The notes under the pieces: generated by a model
Told to the model about the DNA's origin: nothing
The model's database searches: none
What the model saw: only the letters and a program-made list of their open reading frames with translations
Position numbers and translations under genes: made by a program
Shown here: positions 61,221 through 64,000 of the stretch, piece by piece
How the letters are laid out: the number at the start of each line of letters is the position of its first letter
How positions within the stretch are numbered: the first letter of the stretch is position 1
Assembly (NCBI GenBank): GCA_038087875.1
Contig: CM075997.1
Span: forward strand, 2,358,001 to 2,422,000
DNA length: 64,000 nt
Direction of reading: 5' to 3'
Origin: Malacoraja senta
Lineage: Eukaryota

Positions 61221-63014
61221 TTAAGAACCTACAACCAGCTCTGAAACCACTCCTACATCACAATTCCTCTCTCCCCAAATCCTCCAAGTTCAGGAACAGC
61301 TTCTTCCCAACAAACCTTAGGTTCTTGAACTTTACAAACACCAACTAAACTAAGAACTACGAACGTCTTGGTTGCGATTTGGTTTTTATTTTGCATTAAT
61401 CTTGTTTTTAAAATATATTTATTGAACCTTTTCTTGATTGTATGACCTATGAATACTGCGTTTACCGACTTGTTGTCCTGCTGCAAGTAAGAATTCTACT
61501 GTTCCGTTTCAATACATATGACAATTAAATACTCTTGACTTGACTCCCCTGGCCTACTGGAGGTGGAGAGGTCAGAGATAGAGCACAAGATTATCCGATG
61601 CTTTCGTTAATCTTTTATTGGCTTTAAGGACCAAAGCAATTTCGAACGGTGAAGCCTGTAATGAGTGTTCATAGCCGCAGGAAAAAATATTGATCGGGCA
61701 GAAGAAGACTAATGAGGATAGAACCATTTCTGGAGTAACTCAGCGGGAGAGGGAGCAACTTCTGGAGAGAAGGAATGGGTGACGTTTTGGGTCGAGACCC
61801 TTCTTCAGACGAGTATGGGAATTAGATTAAAGTTAGAACAGTCAGTCTGCTTATGTGAACGGTGAATCTATATCATAGCACACACCCCAGTTTAACACTG
61901 AAAGGATACAGGAGTCAGACTCAGCAGCAACTTTTAAAAGGAGAGACAAAGAGAAACTGTATCCACCAACAAGATGAACGGATAAATGAGAAAACGAGTC
62001 AGTTGGCCAGATGAGGAGAATTTTTATTTACGCAGATGTTTATGGATCTAGAACGTGCTGCCTTTGAAGGGTGGTGAAAGCAGATTTTAGTAGTGATTGT
62101 CTGGAGGCAATTTTTCTTGGATAAGTTCTTGGAAAATGTGTGGGATACAGGGTCTAACTCAATAAACCCAGTGTAGGGCAATGGGAAAAAGGCTCTCCTT
62201 CACATTGCTTGGTTCTAACCAGATCTAATGATAGGGAGTTACAGACTGACAAAGTCTCAGGATTTGAAATTAAATGTAATAAGAAAACATAAGTGGCATT
62301 GTTTCTGGAGGTAAAAGTAGCTTAAAACGAGTTATGGATTTTGTCCGAAAAGCTTCAGGTTTGATATTTCATTTTTGTAGTTTGAAATGTCAGATTTGAA
62401 CCTTCTGAATTTTTTTGTTTTTGTTTTTCGTAGTCGGCAGACCAGTACTCTGCATATCGCCACCTTGGACAATTTTACATTTTAAACAATTAAACAAGCC
62501 TCTTAACCTACAAGCCAATTAACCTACAAACCTGTACGTCTTTGGAGTGTGGGAGGAAACCGAAGAGCTCGGAGAAAACCCACGCAGATCACGGGGAGAA
62601 CGTACAAACTCCATACAGACAGCACCCGCAGTTGGGATCGAACCCGGGTCTCTGGCGCTGCATTTTGCTGTAAGGCAGCAACTCCACCGTGACTGCCCTT
62701 GAGGTTTAATAAGAAATGTGATTAACCCAGGGACGGTAACGACAAACCACAAACATCAACCATTTTGCGACTGGTTGCTTTGCATTGGCAGCGAAAACTT
62801 CTGATGTTGATCCAAAACTTCTCATCTCGAAGGGGGAAACAGGCCAATGGTTCAAGTTAATATTGTTTCTGAAATAAGGTTTGTACCCAAAATTGTGAGC
62901 TTAATTTTGTTTCGTTTTTGAGTTATTGGTGGCAATTGGTGGAAGGCCTTTCTCAACCAAGTGGTCTGATGGGGAACCTGGGTTATGTACTTTTTCCTTC
63001 CTACACGTGCACTC

Positions 63015-63020
63015 TTTATT
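63015..63020 (-). terminator. Candidate polyadenylation signal AATAAA for SNAP25-like copy B
   Basis: TTTATT on + about 800 nt downstream of the copy B stop; other AATAAA hexamers exist on this strand further downstream. Confidence 0.3.
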
Positions 63021-63815
63021 TCCAATTTCAATCTCACGTCTTTTTGCGGTCTCCAGCAGACGGCCCTCTCTTTGAAGTGAGCAGCTGCAGCTCAGTTCTC
63101 GTCAACTCCCCATCTGATGCCAGCTCCTTTTCCCATTCCCCCCGCGTTAAATGGGAATCCTGCGTTTGCCTGACAGGATTAACAAGTGGCTAATTCCAGG
63201 CTGCAAAAAAGACATCGGAGAAATAATACAAGCAAAATCGCAGCCACTGAGAGGCAGAAAAAAATCTCGGAGTTCGCCAGACATGGCTTCGCTGCTCTGG
63301 CAAGCAGAACTACGGAATGGTTCCACACTGACTGTGTCCCCATTACAAACTGTTTTTCAAACTCTGGGATTTCTGTATCAGACCCCATTAAGAGGGGCCA
63401 CTCCCTTTCTGTGCTGGGGATAACATCTTCAAGAAGGGAAAGGGATTTGCAGTGTGTTTACCGGAATTCAGCTGCACACATTGAGCTCGATTCATGCTCA
63501 TGTTATAACGTGGTTACAGTGAATAATTCATTCATTAAAAAAAAATCAACCAGCACGGAGATAAAAACTAAATCGTACACTTGGTTCACTCAGGGCAAGC
63601 AATTATACTTATTGACATTGAAATATACACCTTACACACTGGAACATTTTGCTACACTGAGAAATGATGAAATAAAGTAAATTGTACAGAGATATTGAAC
63701 CTTGTGGTTTCCTTTCACTACACAGGGACGTGTCCCACCTAGACCTTGGAGATGCTGCGATGGATGTTGGGTTGGGTGTCTCTGGCAGAAAGGAGGACTC
63801 TCATATTGGAACATC

Positions 63816-63875
63816 TCACAGCATCTTGGTGGCATGCTTGTTGGCTTCATCGATGCGGGCTTTGTTCATGTCGCC
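63816..63875 (-). CDS. SNAP25: Second SNAP25-family gene (copy B), terminal exon coding part [19 protein letters not shown]; upstream exons lie beyond the window end
   Basis: Minus-strand acceptor ctttgttctctttctcttccag; 54/57 nt identical to the copy A terminal exon before the stop; 3'UTR alignable to the copy A UTR for about 370 nt. Confidence 0.9.
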   Translation of the reverse strand, partial: GDMNKARIDEANKHATKML

Positions 63876-64000
63876 CTGGAAGAGAAAGAGAACAAAGCTT
63901 AGATGGGGATTGGAACAGAGCTTGCTGCTGTTTGGGAGAATTTGTATGGGTGCAAACACAATTGCTTTTGAGAGTGTGTGATAGTGTGTTAGTGTGTGTA

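Noticed and set aside
63450..63875. Copy B as an uncollapsed haplotype of copy A
   Set aside because: The UTR and intron are far too diverged and the C-termini differ.

Overview
Eukaryotic, repeat-dense vertebrate DNA, most likely from an elasmobranch (skate or ray). The basis is the HE1-type V-SINEs, HER1/CR1-type LINEs and a SNAP-25 protein almost identical to the Torpedo sequence as I recall it. The window holds four gene-level items. (1) A complete SNAP25-family coding gene on + (3585-26054, 209 aa) with two tandem, mutually exclusive 118-nt exon 5 copies (5a-like, then 5b-like). (2) The last two exons of a COX7A1-like gene on + (41425-43086). (3) The terminal exon and 3'UTR of a second, convergent SNAP25-family paralog on - (63816-63875). 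(4) A low-confidence set of phase-compatible exons of an unidentified gene on + (54779-58553). The rest is transposable elements and simple repeats: a near full-length CR1/HER1 LINE nested in a Harbinger-type MITE, many Penelope-derived repeats carrying minimal hammerhead-ribozyme cores, RTE-derived non-autonomous elements, and L2, Rex1 and hAT fragments. A 200-N assembly gap (39351-39550) separates the two SNAP25 copies. Comparisons with reference proteins and gene neighbourhoods are from memory; no searches were run.
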